A model generated the notes under the pieces. The model saw nothing but the letters and a program-made list of their open reading frames with translations, did no database searches and was not told where the DNA came from. Positions 24,801 through 37,170 of a DNA stretch of 64,000 nt are shown one piece after another. The stretch is taken from assembly GCA_950097015.1 (NCBI GenBank), contig CATNEN010000034.1, positions 4,030,001-4,094,000 on the forward strand. The letters run 5' to 3'. The stretch's first letter is position 1, and every line of letters begins with the position of its first letter. Source of the DNA: Macrostomum hystrix (lineage: Eukaryota; Animalia; Platyhelminthes). The translations under genes and the position numbers were made by a program.

Positions 24801-27783
24801 GTGTTGGTGAGCTCACATGAGGCTAGTGTGTCAGTAGATGGTGTTGCTGAGCTCACATGAGGCTAGTGTGTCAGTAGATGGTGTTGGTGAGCTCACATGA
24901 GGCTAGTGTGTCAGTAGATGGTGTTGGTGAGCTCACATGAGGCTAGTGTGTCAGTAGATGGTGTTGGTGAGCTCACATGAGGCTAGTGTGTCAGTAGATG
25001 GTGTTGGTGAGCTCACATGAGGCTAGCGTGTCAGTAGATGGTGTTGGTGAGCTCACATGAGGCTAGTGTGTCAGTAGATGGTGTTGGTGAGCTCACATGA
25101 GGCTAGTGTGTCAGTAGATGGTGTTGGTGAGCTCACATGAGGCTAGTGTGTCAGTAGATGGTGTTGCTGAGCTCACATGAGGCTAGTGTGTCAGTAGATG
25201 GTATTGGTGAGCTCACATGAGGCTAGTGTGTCAGTAGATGGTGTTGCTGAGCTCACATGAGGCTAGTGTGTCAGTAGATGGTGTTGGTGAGCTCACATGA
25301 GGCTAGTGTGTCAGTAGATGGTGTTGCTGAGCTCACATGAGGCTAGTGTGTCAGTAGATGGTGTTGCTGAGCTCACATGAGGCTAGTGTGTCAGTAGATG
25401 GTGTTGGTGAGCTCACATGAGGTGAGCTCACAGTAGATAGTGCTTAATCCAACCCAGCCGGCTCCCATTCTCCGCAGGTGTTTAACCGGCCCCTGGCATC
25501 TCGCCAGGACTTGCGGCATTCCGGCCACGTGCCGCAGGCTCTGCAGTCGGCCTACGCCGAACTAATCCGCGACAGGGCCGCCCAGCGCTGCCCGCCCGCC
25601 GACTTTCTGCAGCGCTGCTCTCGCCCTGGCGGCTTCTTTGACAATCCCTATACTAGGGCCCTACTCAAACTGGAGCAACTGCAGGTTCTGGCCTCCGAGG
25701 AGAAGACGCAGTTTCTGGGACAGCTGGCTGAGCAGGTGTGTGCTCGGGGGTCAGAGGAATGCTCATAACATTGCCCACAACCCCTGCGAATAAGAAAAAA
25801 TAATAATAGTGAAATGCTTTTTATTATATTGTATACCTTTTTGCATTCAGTTCAAGAATGGCAGTCTGAGCCTTTCTCGTGGCTCGGCTCGTGTTAGAAT
25901 CAGGGACATTACATATTCACATTTAACCTTGAGTAACTTAGATAACCAATCAACCTCCTATCCGCTGGCCCAGCTGTCCAACTTTCCAGACGATGTAGCC
26001 AAGCACAAAGTGCTGCCCCAGCTAGTGAACCTGCTGCAGTACGGCGGCGGTGGCTCCGAGGTGCTGCTGCCTCTGCTGCGCCTGTCTCGCCTATGCGACC
26101 AGGCCGAATTCGAGGGTCGCATTGTGCCCTGCCTGGTTCGCCTGTTCTCATTGCCCGAGCGCGTGGCTCGAGTTCGCCTCCTTGAGCAGCTGCCGTCCTA
26201 CATTTCCCACCTGCCTGATCGAGTGGTCAACGATCAGATTATGCAGCCATTCTGTCAGGGATTTCACGACACTAGTCCAGTAGTGCGAGAGCACACAATT
26301 AGGGCTGCTGTTCACCTGGCTGAGAAGCTTAACGCCAAGAATCTCAACGAAGAGCTGCCAAAGCACCTCACTAGGCTGCAGGTCAGATTTTTATGCACGA
26401 TCTAATAAATTAGGTAGGAGATATTTGTCTATGGCGATATTGGGTCCGATAAGTGGCGGGTTTAGTGTGCCAGCCGATACACAATTTAGATCGGTGGGTT
26501 TAGAACTATAGAATACACAGTTTATGTGGCAGGTTTGCAGTTCCAGAGCCACAGCACACACAGTTTAGGCATCTGGATAGTAGGGCCATAGATACTATTT
26601 AGGCTAAAATCCAACCTTATCTTATCTCTATCTTATTATTGTTTTCATTCAGGTTAAAGACGAACAGGGCGGTGTCCGGGCCAACGCCACAGTCTGCCTG
26701 GGCAAGCTGGCCGGCCACATGGCGCCAGCCACACGGCAGGGACCCCTGCTGGCCCAGTTCCTGAAGTGCCTCCGCGACCCGTTCCCGCCGGCTAGGCAAG
26801 CCGCCCTGCTTGCCTGCGCGTCCACCCTGTCATTCTACACTCTGCGGGACACCGCCTGCCGACTCCTGCCGGCCCTGTGCCCGCTGACAATGGATCCCAG
26901 CAGAGAGGTGCGCGAGAACGCCTTCCAGGCTGTCGGCGCCTGCCTGCAGCGTCTGCGGACAGCCTCGGACAGTCCGGAGGAGGCCGCAGATCTGGAGAGC
27001 CAGGTGGCCGCCACGAGATGCGCGGATTCAACGAGCAAGTCCTGGGCAAATTGGGCCGTGTCGGCTCTGTCTGCCAAATTCTACAAGACCACAACTGCTC
27101 AGCCTGCCGATGCACCCTCTAATAAGCCGACTGGCCTAGCAACTAAACCAGCTGCTGCTGCTGCTGCCGCTGCTCCTATACCAGCTTCCGCAACCGCCGC
27201 TCCAGCGCCACCAGCGGACTCCCCAGCTCTCTCAGCTGATTCGACATCGACGACTGCCAAGGCAGCCGATTGGGACAACGCCTGGGGTGACGATGACGAT
27301 GAAGAATGGGGCAGCATTGAAGCAACAACAGAAGCAGCCGCTGTGCCTACTTCGCAGAATAAGAAAGCCGAGGCCAGTAATCAGCGAGCCGCAGCTGTTC
27401 CGTCAGCGGAAGCGCCCACCGTTGGCTCCGCCTGGGACAACACCGACTGGGACGACGATGATGGCAAGCGCGAGCCGTCGCTCGCTGTTAACAAAGCTGC
27501 TTCGCTGAAAACTGCCGGAGGCGGTGGCGGGCTTCGACTGTCTGGAGCCAAGAAATTGACGTCGTCTACAATTGCTGGTGCTGGCACCGGTCGCGCTGTT
27601 GGCAGCGATCTGGACACCATATTGTCAGAAGAGTTGGCTAGAAAGAATCTTGTGCAACAGAAGCCGCCGCCACCGCATCAGCAGCAGCAGCAACAGGCGC
27701 CAAAGCTGCAGAAGGAGAATCAGCGGAAGCAACAACGGAAACCTGCAGTAAATGATGCGGAAGATGACTGGGGAGCTTGGTGA
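21865..27783 (+). CDS. SCYL1: SCY1-like pseudokinase 1 (N-terminal kinase-like, HEAT repeats, disordered tail)
   Basis: Exons 21865-22236, 22355-22624, 25478-25735, 25974-26381 and 26653-27783, all phase 0. Motifs MWSLFSKDP..FPYE, KTLRHP, VETEKVIYIVTERV, DSWGLGC, DEQGGVRANATVCLGK, LRDPFPPARQA. Confidence 0.93.
22672..25422. repeat. 40-bp satellite (TCAGTAGATGGTGTTGGTGAGCTCACATGAGGCTAGTGTG)n in SCYL1 intron 2
   Basis: About 69 near-identical copies. Confidence 0.97.
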
Positions 27784-28119
27784 AGAATTTTAAGAAAATA
27801 ACGTTGGTTAAATTGCATACGAAAGTACACAATCTGATCTCTTTTTGAGCAAATAGATTTTCTGTATTCCAAAATACTCAGTTTGCCTTCAGACCAGCTC
27901 GTTGAGATGATTGTTTGGGGCTTCCGTTTCCTCATAGTGTTCGATGTACTTTTGCAATTTGGAAGCACCAAATAAGTTTTTTTAATCAGTATGCCTACTA
28001 AAATGGACACGTTGAGATCATATGAATTTCTTAATCTCGTTGATAAATTAGTTATTAATCGGGATCAGAATCCTCACAATATACTTTAAGAATTTTGAAT
28101 CTAGAGTATTCTGAGGATA

Positions 28120-28990
28120 TGGGATCCAGATATGCTCGGGATTTGGGATCCTTACATACTTGGGAATTTAGATCAATACATACTTGAGGATTTTTATCCT
28201 TACATAGGGAATCGGGATCCTTACATACTTCGGAATTGGGATCGTTGCATACTTCCTTACGTTCATACGTTCCTTACATACTTGAGAATTGGGATACTTA
28301 CATACTTGGGATTTGGGATCCTAACATACATGGGATTTGGGATCCTTACATACTTGGGATTTTGGATCAATACATACTTGGGATTTTGGATCAATACATA
28401 CTTGAAGATTTTTATCCTTACATAGGGAATCGGGATCCTTACATACTTCGGAATTGGGATCGTTGCATACTTCCTTACGTTCATACGTTCCTTGCATACT
28501 TGAGAATTGGGATACTTACATGCTTGGGATTTGGGATCCTAACATACTTGGGATTTGGGATCCTTACATACTTGGGATTTGGGGTCTTTACATACTGGGG
28601 ATTTGGGATCCTTACATACTTGGGATTTGGGGTCTTTACATACTTGGGATTTGGGATCCTAACATACTTGGGATTTGGGATCCTTACATACTTGGGATTT
28701 GGGATCCTAACATACTTGGGATTTGGGATCCTTACATACTTGGGATTTGGGGTCTTTACATACTTGGGATTTGGGATCCTTACATACTTGGGATTTGGGG
28801 TCTTTACATACTTGGGATTTGGGATCCTTACATACTTGGGATTTGGGGTCTTTACATACTTGGGATTTGGGATCCTAACATACTTGGGATTTGGGATCCT
28901 TACATACTTGGGATTTGGGGTCTTTACATACTTGGGATTTGGGATCCTTTCATATTTGAGATTTGGGATCCCTATATTCTTGGGATTTGA
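28120..28990. repeat. 24-bp minisatellite (TTGGGATTTGGGATCCTTACATAC)n with a 218-bp higher-order duplication at its left end
   Basis: Directly visible; duplicated ORF starts at 28236 and 28454 mark the 218-bp unit. Confidence 0.93.
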
Positions 28991-30489
28991 TATAATTCTG
29001 ATATCCTGATATATCATGATATAGTCAGAATTTAAAGTTAAAGTTTCGGAAATTCTTTCCGAAAAGGCGCTAGGCTGTTATGCATCTCGCTCCCTATCAG
29101 CATGGCTTGGTCTAGTCAACTACCCGCCTGAATTAATTATCCTGCTATGACTTATTTTCAGTTTAACAGTATTTATTTCTACATTTTATTTGTCGAATTT
29201 TTAGCTATAATTTGTTCTGTGATCGGTTAAAGTGAATGGTTTTCTCAATTAACAATTGCTCTATTGTACGTATTAGTTTCGGTGTTCTGCTTGGCCTCAT
29301 GCCACCTTATGACTTATGCTATACATATTATTATTATTATTCTGGTAATTTACAAATATTTTACCATAATCCACAAATAACGTGGTGCAAAGTAGCGATT
29401 TTTAACCGCTTTCAGCTTCGTTAAATTCTCTGCTTAAATTTCTATTTGTTATATCGTTGCTTAGTGGCCAAAGAAATGCTTTCCTTATAGGAAAGTTTAA
29501 CTATAGAGTAAATCACTACTGCACAAATCCTTCACTTGTGTCCCCTGTCATGCAAATGCAATTAAACAAACTTATTATTTAATTGTTTAAGTCAATATCC
29601 ATGTCTTTGCAGAACCACTATAAAATAACATAGCTATTTTATTGTACTAACATCTCAGTCCATTTTGATAAAGTCACATCAAGGAAAGAAGATTACAAGT
29701 AATTAAATCAAGTTTAAAATTATCAGTAGATCATTTGTTTAAGCTAAGTTTTGTTTTAGCTTGGAAGCTAAAACGAAAATTTAAAAAATATTTAACTTTG
29801 AGCGGACAATTAACAAGGCGGTCGCTGTGCTTCAGTGGCTGTGTGAACTTTAAAAATTCCCATAACAAATGATAGAGAAAGTGCTTCTGTTTGTTACATC
29901 TAAATAAACGTGAAATTCAAATTTAAAACGTAGGTTTATAAACAACCACAATTATATAATAATCGTGATCGTTAATTTAAGAATGCCATAACAAATGCTT
30001 GCGCGCTCAACACACACGGTAAAGAAGTCGGTTTATTTTTAATAATCTAAATTTACTACACATTTAACTACTTGTCTAAGTGTGCGAGCATAATTAAATT
30101 AACTTGAAGTAAATCAAAGATTTACGAGAAAGCATGCAATAAAACAAATCTACTGTACTTGAGCGAAAAGAAGTGCAAAAAATAAGCAGGTATTTTCAAA
30201 TCAAAGCAAAGGCGAATAGGGAAAAATAACAGTTGGAAGCAATAAACTTGTGAGCAAGCGAAGAGCAGTTAAGCTGGTAGCATCGACTCTTAAAACATTT
30301 AAGAATTACAAAAACAATAAATCACTGTTAAAGATGGTTCGACATTATATGGGATTAGCACTGTTCGCCAAAACACAAATTGGCTACAGAACAAACCTTT
30401 TAAAATCACAGCCTACTTGCTAAGGTAGCTCAAACTAAAAAAACTAATTACTAATTACTTGTAAATTAACTACTTTTCAAGTTAACAAT

Positions 30490-30740
30490 TTTTAGACCAC
30501 GCTATTTTTCCTCTGGGAAAAGACCTTGGTGGCATTTCAAATACTCACTGCCTACTTCCCGATAGCTCCCAGACCGAATGACCGATTTTCGTTAAAGTCC
30601 ACCATAAGAATCAAAATTTTACGCCCTTTACGACGGAAATGACGATGGAACTTTTATAGCCGTCCGACGTCATTATGTTCGAGATATTCAAAGATTCTTT
30701 AAACAGTAATGATAATAATAATAAATAATAATAATAATAA
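30490..30740 (+). mobile_element. SINE family B body and (AAT)n tail, 5'-truncated
   Basis: Matches the reverse complement of 16860-17060 and ends in an AAT-rich tail. Confidence 0.55.
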
Positions 30741-30868
30741 CATGTGTCAATTTGTCCTTGGACTGAACGGGGGCGCCTAACCCACCCAAGCTGATGCTGG
30801 CACCCACCTTACAGCACTGTAAAGCACAGATAGTAGACAAAAAAGATTTAGTTTGAATTAACTTGTCC

Positions 30869-32601
30869 TCAGTCGTAGAAGTCATTGTCCCTGCTGTCGT
30901 CCTCCATCACCGTGGAAACAGTCTTGCCAGTGGTGGCTCGGCTGCCGCCTAGCGAACTATTGCCGCCGTCGCCGCCGCGCGAGCTGCCGTAGCCACTGCT
31001 GTCCCGGTGCGGTGGCTGCTCGTCGCCGGCAGACAGCAGCCGCTGATCGCCAGCCCCGGTTTCCGACGATCCGGCAGCCATCGGGCCACGAAGACTTCCG
31101 CCAGCTGTTTGACCTTCGCCTAGCCAGGATGCGTCGGCTGAATAAATTACGAAGGTCAAAGAAATTAAAATCTGAAGGCTTCATTGTGTAATATGTACGG
31201 TGGGAAAGTTGGCTTACAGTCGGAATCGCCGCCTCCTTCGTCCTTCTCGATGTTGAGCTCCGCTTCCATTTGCTCCTCCTCCTTCTGGCGGCGCGCCCGC
31301 TCCCGCGCCGCCTTGGCGCGCTCCTCCCGCTGTCTCTGACGCTCCTGCACGGCCGCCAACTGGGCCAGCCGTTTCTGCTCCGCCACAGCCTGTTTTTGCT
31401 GCAGCCGCTCCGCTTCCGGATTGGTCGCCTCAGCGGCTCCGCCAGCTTCACCAGCCAGTTCCTGCTGCGAATACTCCTGGGCCTTCAGCAACTGGCGGCG
31501 CGCTTTGGACTGCTTGGTGACACTCGAGTTGCGCCGCTTCTCCAGCATCTGAACGAGAGGACAGGGGCATTTAATGTACATTCTAGGAATTATCTCTTAG
31601 TTATAAACTCTATTGTGGTTGACAGGTTATGATTGATGGGCTATAAAATTGGTGGATAGGTCAATGAAATTGTGGATAATTGATGGATTGATGGACAGAT
31701 TGATCGATTATGGTGGATAGATTGATAACTTTTAGTGAATAAATTGATGGGTTATAGTGGATATATTGATGGATTATAGTGACTTAATTGATGGATTTTC
31801 GTGGATATATTGATGGATCGATGGATTATTGTCGATGGATTGTCGATGTTGATCGACATAGAATGGGGGATAGATTGATGGATTGGTGGATCCACTCTCT
31901 TCTCCATCAGACTCACCCGCTCTCTCTTCTCTTCCGCTTTCCTCAGTTTTTCAGCCAGCTGTTCCGGCGAGATGGAGGGCGCATTTTCAAGCGGTTCCAG
32001 GTGCTGCAATTTGAATTAAATTAACAGATAGTATAAAAATTGTGAACTAAAAATCTGTTTGATAAAAATTCGCTCCATCCTGCCCTTACCCGCAGTCGAG
32101 GCGGCAGCGGCTTGCGCAGAATTTTGTCAATTTCAGCGCCGCCAGCTGGCTGGCCGGCTGTCGACTCGCCACCGCTTGTTGTGCCCATCGCCACGCTGAA
32201 TGCGACTCCGCCTTTGCCAGTCTTCTCGTCTGCGAGGGTTATTGTGAAGACTGATTTTCAAAGTAAAAGTTCTCTCAAAAAACAGAAGGGCTAGTTTGAG
32301 ATGTGCAATGCAGATCTGACTGTCACTGAAATAATGTATCGTGCCCACAGCAGTACTGCTCTTGTCTGCCGAAATCCTTACCTTCAGCAGCGGTGGAGGT
32401 CTCATTCTGTGGCTTCTGGTCGGACTTGATTGGTGGCAACTTTTTCTGCTGAGCCACCACCGCGAAGCCATTTGTGCTAGCTGGCTTGGCTTCAGCACCG
32501 GATGCTGCAGTCGCTGACTTCCCCGCTGCTGATCCTTTCGGTTGCACCTGAATTGGACGGCCAGCGGCGCTGCTGACGGCTGTCGATGAACCGCAACCCA
32601 T
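30869..32601 (-). CDS. Acylated stathmin-like domain protein (STMND1/CCDC198-like)
   Basis: Exons 32601-32382, 32229-32090, 32003-31917, 31548-31218 and 31137-30869, in phase. N-terminus MGCGSS; GVAFSV..ILRKPLPPRL..LEPL..QLAEKLRKAEEKRERMLEKRR resembles the stathmin-like segment. Confidence 0.65.
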
Positions 32602-35377
32602 TGCTGCTTTGTCGCTTGATTAATGAATTACTTATTGGACTTAAAACAAAAAAGCTGCTTTTGAAATCGGCAGGCTAAGCTGAAAGATATTTTGTAGAAA
32701 GCACTAATTTAAATGAAAGCAATTAACTAAATTTAATCTCAAAAAGCAAAGCAAATAGACTCTTGATATAAATAACTGAATTTTAATTCTAGTTCTAGTT
32801 TTTGCTTGCTTTCCGTTGGTTTTCTCTACGGATGACAATTCTTAGGCACAGTATAAAACAAAAATTGACTTGTCACTAAAAAAATTATTGCGAATTTAAG
32901 TTGTAAATATGCATAGTGTACAAAAAATCGATTGGAGTTAAAATTATTATTATCCTTACTCTTAAAAGACGACGTTAACACTTTTTAAAAAATTATGAAA
33001 ATTGTTTCACTCTAATTGTAAATTTATAACATTCTTTATTAAAAATGTTAAAAGCTTTATGCAATGCAATATTTGGTAACAGACTATTGTATATCTATGT
33101 TGCATATAAAGTTTTTGTCGTTGTTATGCATTGTAAAGATTTCGTCCAAAAAAACAGTTAGTGCTTCATGTGTAAATATCGTAAGGTATAAGATATTTAC
33201 ATGTCAGCTAATAAGTAAAGCATAATGATAATAAGTAAACTGTGTTAAATATAAGTTCTAGGAATTAAAAAAAACGATGATAAAAGTGTTTATCGTTAAT
33301 TTTTGTGACTATAGAACGCGAATTTGATTTAACAAAAACACAACTTCGTCGAAATTCCGATTGTTAAAATGCCGCTCGCTTTCGTATGTTGAATTCGTGG
33401 GCAGTGCTGTTTACTCTGATTGTCTTAGAGAGTGATGCGTTTTTGGAACATCGTTAAAAACGATGCTTTTAAGCATAGTGAAGTTAAATGGATGAATTAA
33501 GCGCGAATAGAAACAAAAAATATTTCATCTTGTCTTTAAGTAGCTTAAGAAAATTTTAAGAAATGCTCTATGATAAGTATTATTTTTTGCTGGCCTGCTA
33601 AAATTGGCCTGCTACGGACTCGTAGTTGATACAAATGTTAAAGTATATTTTTTTCTTTGCCAAAATCAATTCATTTCCTAAGAGGAATCTTAGGAATCAG
33701 AATCAGGATCCAGAACAGGAATGTATTGGGACTAACTGCGTTTAGTTATTTCGTTCGATTGGATACGAATTGATTTGAATCTTATGACCAAACAGGCAAC
33801 CTTGCCTGATAACCTACTTCTAATTCAATTGTCGTTTGTTTGCTGTTGACGATAGAGTGTAGTGTTTAAGTTTTTACCTAATCATTCTATTCAAAAGCAT
33901 TAAAAAACGGAAAGTACACTAAGATTGAGTAGAGAAGCTGTCGAGCAAATGATTAAACAAAATACTAAACCCAAGACAAAACCGGTTCTTGACGTGCTCG
34001 CGCGCATTTCTATGCTCAGCAATTGCATGCATGTTTAACTTAAGCGAACTTTTGTTGCCTCGAAAAAAATTGACTCTGGAATTTATTTTCACTGTTGCCA
34101 GAAGCACAATAGGTTTAAATTTAGCAAAGTAAATTTATCTAAATCACATCAACAAAATATACAAATATATATTAACTAACGTCTACAGCCTTTTGCGATA
34201 ACGCACGGCAATCAGATCCGACTAGTAGATAACACGGGGCAACTTTCGATGCAAATCAAATGCTTATTAGCTAGCTCATTCTGAGTATAAAAATCTGATT
34301 AATTTTTTATCGGAGAATTTAACTAACGCACGTGTGGGATATTTTCAGCTGAAAATGACGAACAACAGGAATGACAGCCGGCCACAAATCATGCAGCCCA
34401 GGAATAAAATTAACAGATTTCTCAATTTAATGATGCAGAAGGGAACGCAGCAGTCACTGAAAGCAACAAAGTAGGGGGGGGTTGCAAGGCCCTGAAAATG
34501 TGATTTATGAATTAAGAAATTCGACTCGCGAGAATGCTACAAAACAGGAGCTTAGAGAATCGATGCTACTCGTACTTCAGCTAATTATAATAAGTATAGT
34601 TTTAGTTTTAGCAGATCTGTTTTTATCACAGTAACAGTTGAATATTAGCTCCCAATGCATTAACTCGACTAAAAGGAGTCTGCAATGTTTATTTATAAGA
34701 CAGGATGAAAACTCTCTCAGAATCTGAAATTTAGCTGATTATCATCAGAATGTGTCGCGCTACTGGGGTGGGAATATTCTGCTATAACAGCTCTCCGACA
34801 GCTCCCCAGTTGTGACGGAGACGTCAGCGTGGGCAGGTATACCGTCGGTGACTCGCGGGAAATCAATTCCGTTTTCTTAAAAAACCTAGACAAATTGAGA
34901 CGCATTCGGTTTTCGATTCGGCTGGCGCCGGCAGCGCTGAATTCTTTCATTTCATGTCATCGCGTCGCGCGCCGGGAATTATTTTGTCACGCAATTTGAA
35001 CAGGCCGCGGTGGATTCACAACAGGCAATTCGTTGGTTGCTATCCGATTGTTCTCTCAGGAGAGCTTCATTTTGATTGGCTGTTTAAATATTAATTACAG
35101 GGGAAAACTTTTTTTCGGTAAAGAGGCCACTTACTAAAAACTCTGAAGATTGTTGGAACTCATTACAAATTTATTTTACATGCACCGAGCTCTCTTCTGA
35201 GTTAGAGTTTTTTCTGACGAGTTAGAATCTATGCTCGAAAAAGAATCCGGGCACTCCTTAAAAAGCCACGGTCTACTCAGAGCCAGTGTCAACTCAAAGA
35301 TGAGCCATTGTTTACTAAAAATTGAGTTATAGTCTACCTCAATAAAAGTCAAGGGTCTTCTCAAAAAAGAGTCAGGG

Positions 35378-35641
35378 TCTACTCAGAGAAGAGTCAGGGT
35401 CTACTCAGAGAAGAGTCGGGGTCTACTCAGAGAAGAGTCAGGGTCTACTCAGAGAAGAGTCAGGGTCTACTCAGAGAAGAGTCAGGGTCTACTCAGAGAA
35501 GAGTCAGAGTCTACTCAGAGAAGAGTCAGGGTCTACTCAGAGAAGAGTCAGGGTCTACTCAGAGAAGAGTCAGGGTCTACTCAGAGAAGAGTCAGGGTCT
35601 ACTCAGAGAAGAGTCAGGGTCTACTCAGAGAAGAGTCAGGT
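35378..35641. repeat. 22-bp minisatellite (GAGTCAGGGTCTACTCAGAGAA)n
   Basis: About 12 copies upstream of the neuropeptide gene. Confidence 0.95.
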
Positions 35642-36075
35642 TCATGCTTCAAGATTTCAGTTTCCAAGTAGGATCGACTCAAAGTTGTGGTCAATGGTTT
35701 TACTCGAATTTGAAATGCAGCATTGGGTCATACTTGACGCTTCATAACCCAAAGAAAATTTCATTTTTTTACCCTATAAAATTTACATTACCACGAAAAA
35801 CAGTATTATTTGATGCAGTGTAATGGAAAAGCCTGTCCTCCAATCAAGGTAGTCTGAAGGTGAACTCAGTTCGGGATTGGCTCAGTTAAGGCGAGCTCAT
35901 TAAGGATACGTAAATACCTGTCTCTATTGGTGCCTATACCTCTTGGCTTCAGGTAGAAAAGTAAGCCAACATAGCAGATCGGTACGTCACAGCCTGAGAG
36001 CCCCGCACGGTACAGCTACCATCTCTTACTGAGCTCAAAATAATTGGGCCCTGATACGGTGTGCATTCTACTAAA

Positions 36076-37170
36076 ATGAGGCTGCTAATTTCTGGCTGGG
36101 TCTTGGCAGCAACGCTGCTACTGGTTGTCTTGGCCCATAGCAACGCTGCCGCCGAATTCGAGACGTACGATGATGCGAACGAAGAGACGGCCATTGAAGA
36201 CAAAGGATTCGACCGAATTGGAAGTGGACACGGCAAGGGAAGGCCTAAAAGACAGTTGCACAACGGTGGAATGTTTGGCAAGCGACAGTACAACGGTGGC
36301 ATGTTTGGCAAGCGACAGTACAACGGTGGCATGTTTGGGAAGCGACAGTACAACGGTGGCATGTTTGGCAAGCGACAGTACAACGGTGGAATGTTCGGGA
36401 AGCGACAGTACAACGGAGGAATGTTCGGGAAGCGACAGTACAACGGTGGAATGTTTGGCAAGCGACAGTACAACGGTGGACTGTTCGGGAAGCGACAGTA
36501 CAACGGTGGAATGTTTGGCAAGCGACAGTACAACGGTGGAATGTTCGGGAAGCGACAGTACAACGGTGGAATGTTTGGCAAGCGACAGTACAACGGTGGA
36601 ATGTTTGGTAAGCGACAGTACAACGGAGGAATGTTCGGGAAGCGACAGTACAACGGTGGAATGTTCGGGAAGCGACAGTACAACGGAGGAATGTTCGGGA
36701 AGCGACAGTACAACGGTGGAATGTTCGGGAAGCGACAGTACAACGGAGGAATGTTCGGGAAGCGACAGTACAACGGAGGAATGTTCGGGAAGCGACAGTA
36801 CAACGGAGGAATGTTCGGGAAGCGACAGTACAACGGAGGAATGTTTGGCAAGCGACAGTACAACGGAGGAATGTTTGGCAAGCGACAGTACAACGGTGGC
36901 ATGTTTGGCAAGCGACAGTACAACGGAGGAATGTTCGGGAAGCGACAGTACAACGGAGGAATGTTCGGGAAGCGACAGTACAACGGAGGAATGTTTGGCA
37001 AGCGACAGTACAACGGTGGCATGTTTGGCAAGCGACAGTACAACGGAGGAATGTTCGGGAAGCGACAGTACAACGGAGGAATGTTCGGGAAGCGACAGTA
37101 CAACGGAGGAATGTTTGGCAAGCGACAGTACAACGGTGGAATGTTCGGCAAGCGAGAGGACGACAAATAA
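36076..37170 (+). CDS. Prepro-neuropeptide: 28x QYNGGMFamide, 1x QYNGGLFamide, 1x QLHNGGMFamide
   Basis: Signal peptide MRLLISGWVLAATLLLVVLAHSNA, acidic spacer, then 30 units each ending in GKR (amidation Gly plus dibasic site), and an acidic EDDK* tail. Unit variation is almost all at synonymous positions. Confidence 0.95.
   Translation: MRLLISGWVLAATLLLVVLAHSNAAAEFETYDDANEETAIEDKGFDRIGSGHGKGRPKRQLHNGGMFGKRQYNGGMFGKRQYNGGMFGKRQYNGGMFGKRQYNGGMFGKRQYNGGMFGKRQYNGGMFGKRQYNGGLFGKRQYNGGMFGKRQYNGGMFGKRQYNGGMFGKRQYNGGMFGKRQYNGGMFGKRQYNGGMFGKRQYNGGMFGKRQYNGGMFGKRQYNGGMFGKRQYNGGMFGKRQYNGGMFGKRQYNGGMFGKRQYNGGMFGKRQYNGGMFGKRQYNGGMFGKRQYNGGMFGKRQYNGGMFGKRQYNGGMFGKRQYNGGMFGKRQYNGGMFGKRQYNGGMFGKRQYNGGMFGKREDDK

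Noticed and set aside
22672-25422. CRISPR-like appearance of the 40-bp and 33-bp arrays
   Set aside because: The repeats are directly adjacent with no unique spacers, there are no cas genes, and the context is eukaryotic.
36286-37155. Similarity of YNGGMF to Met-enkephalin YGGFM
   Set aside because: Residue order differs, the peptide is amidated with an N-terminal Gln, and the precursor lacks the opioid Cys-rich N-terminal domain. The resemblance is superficial.
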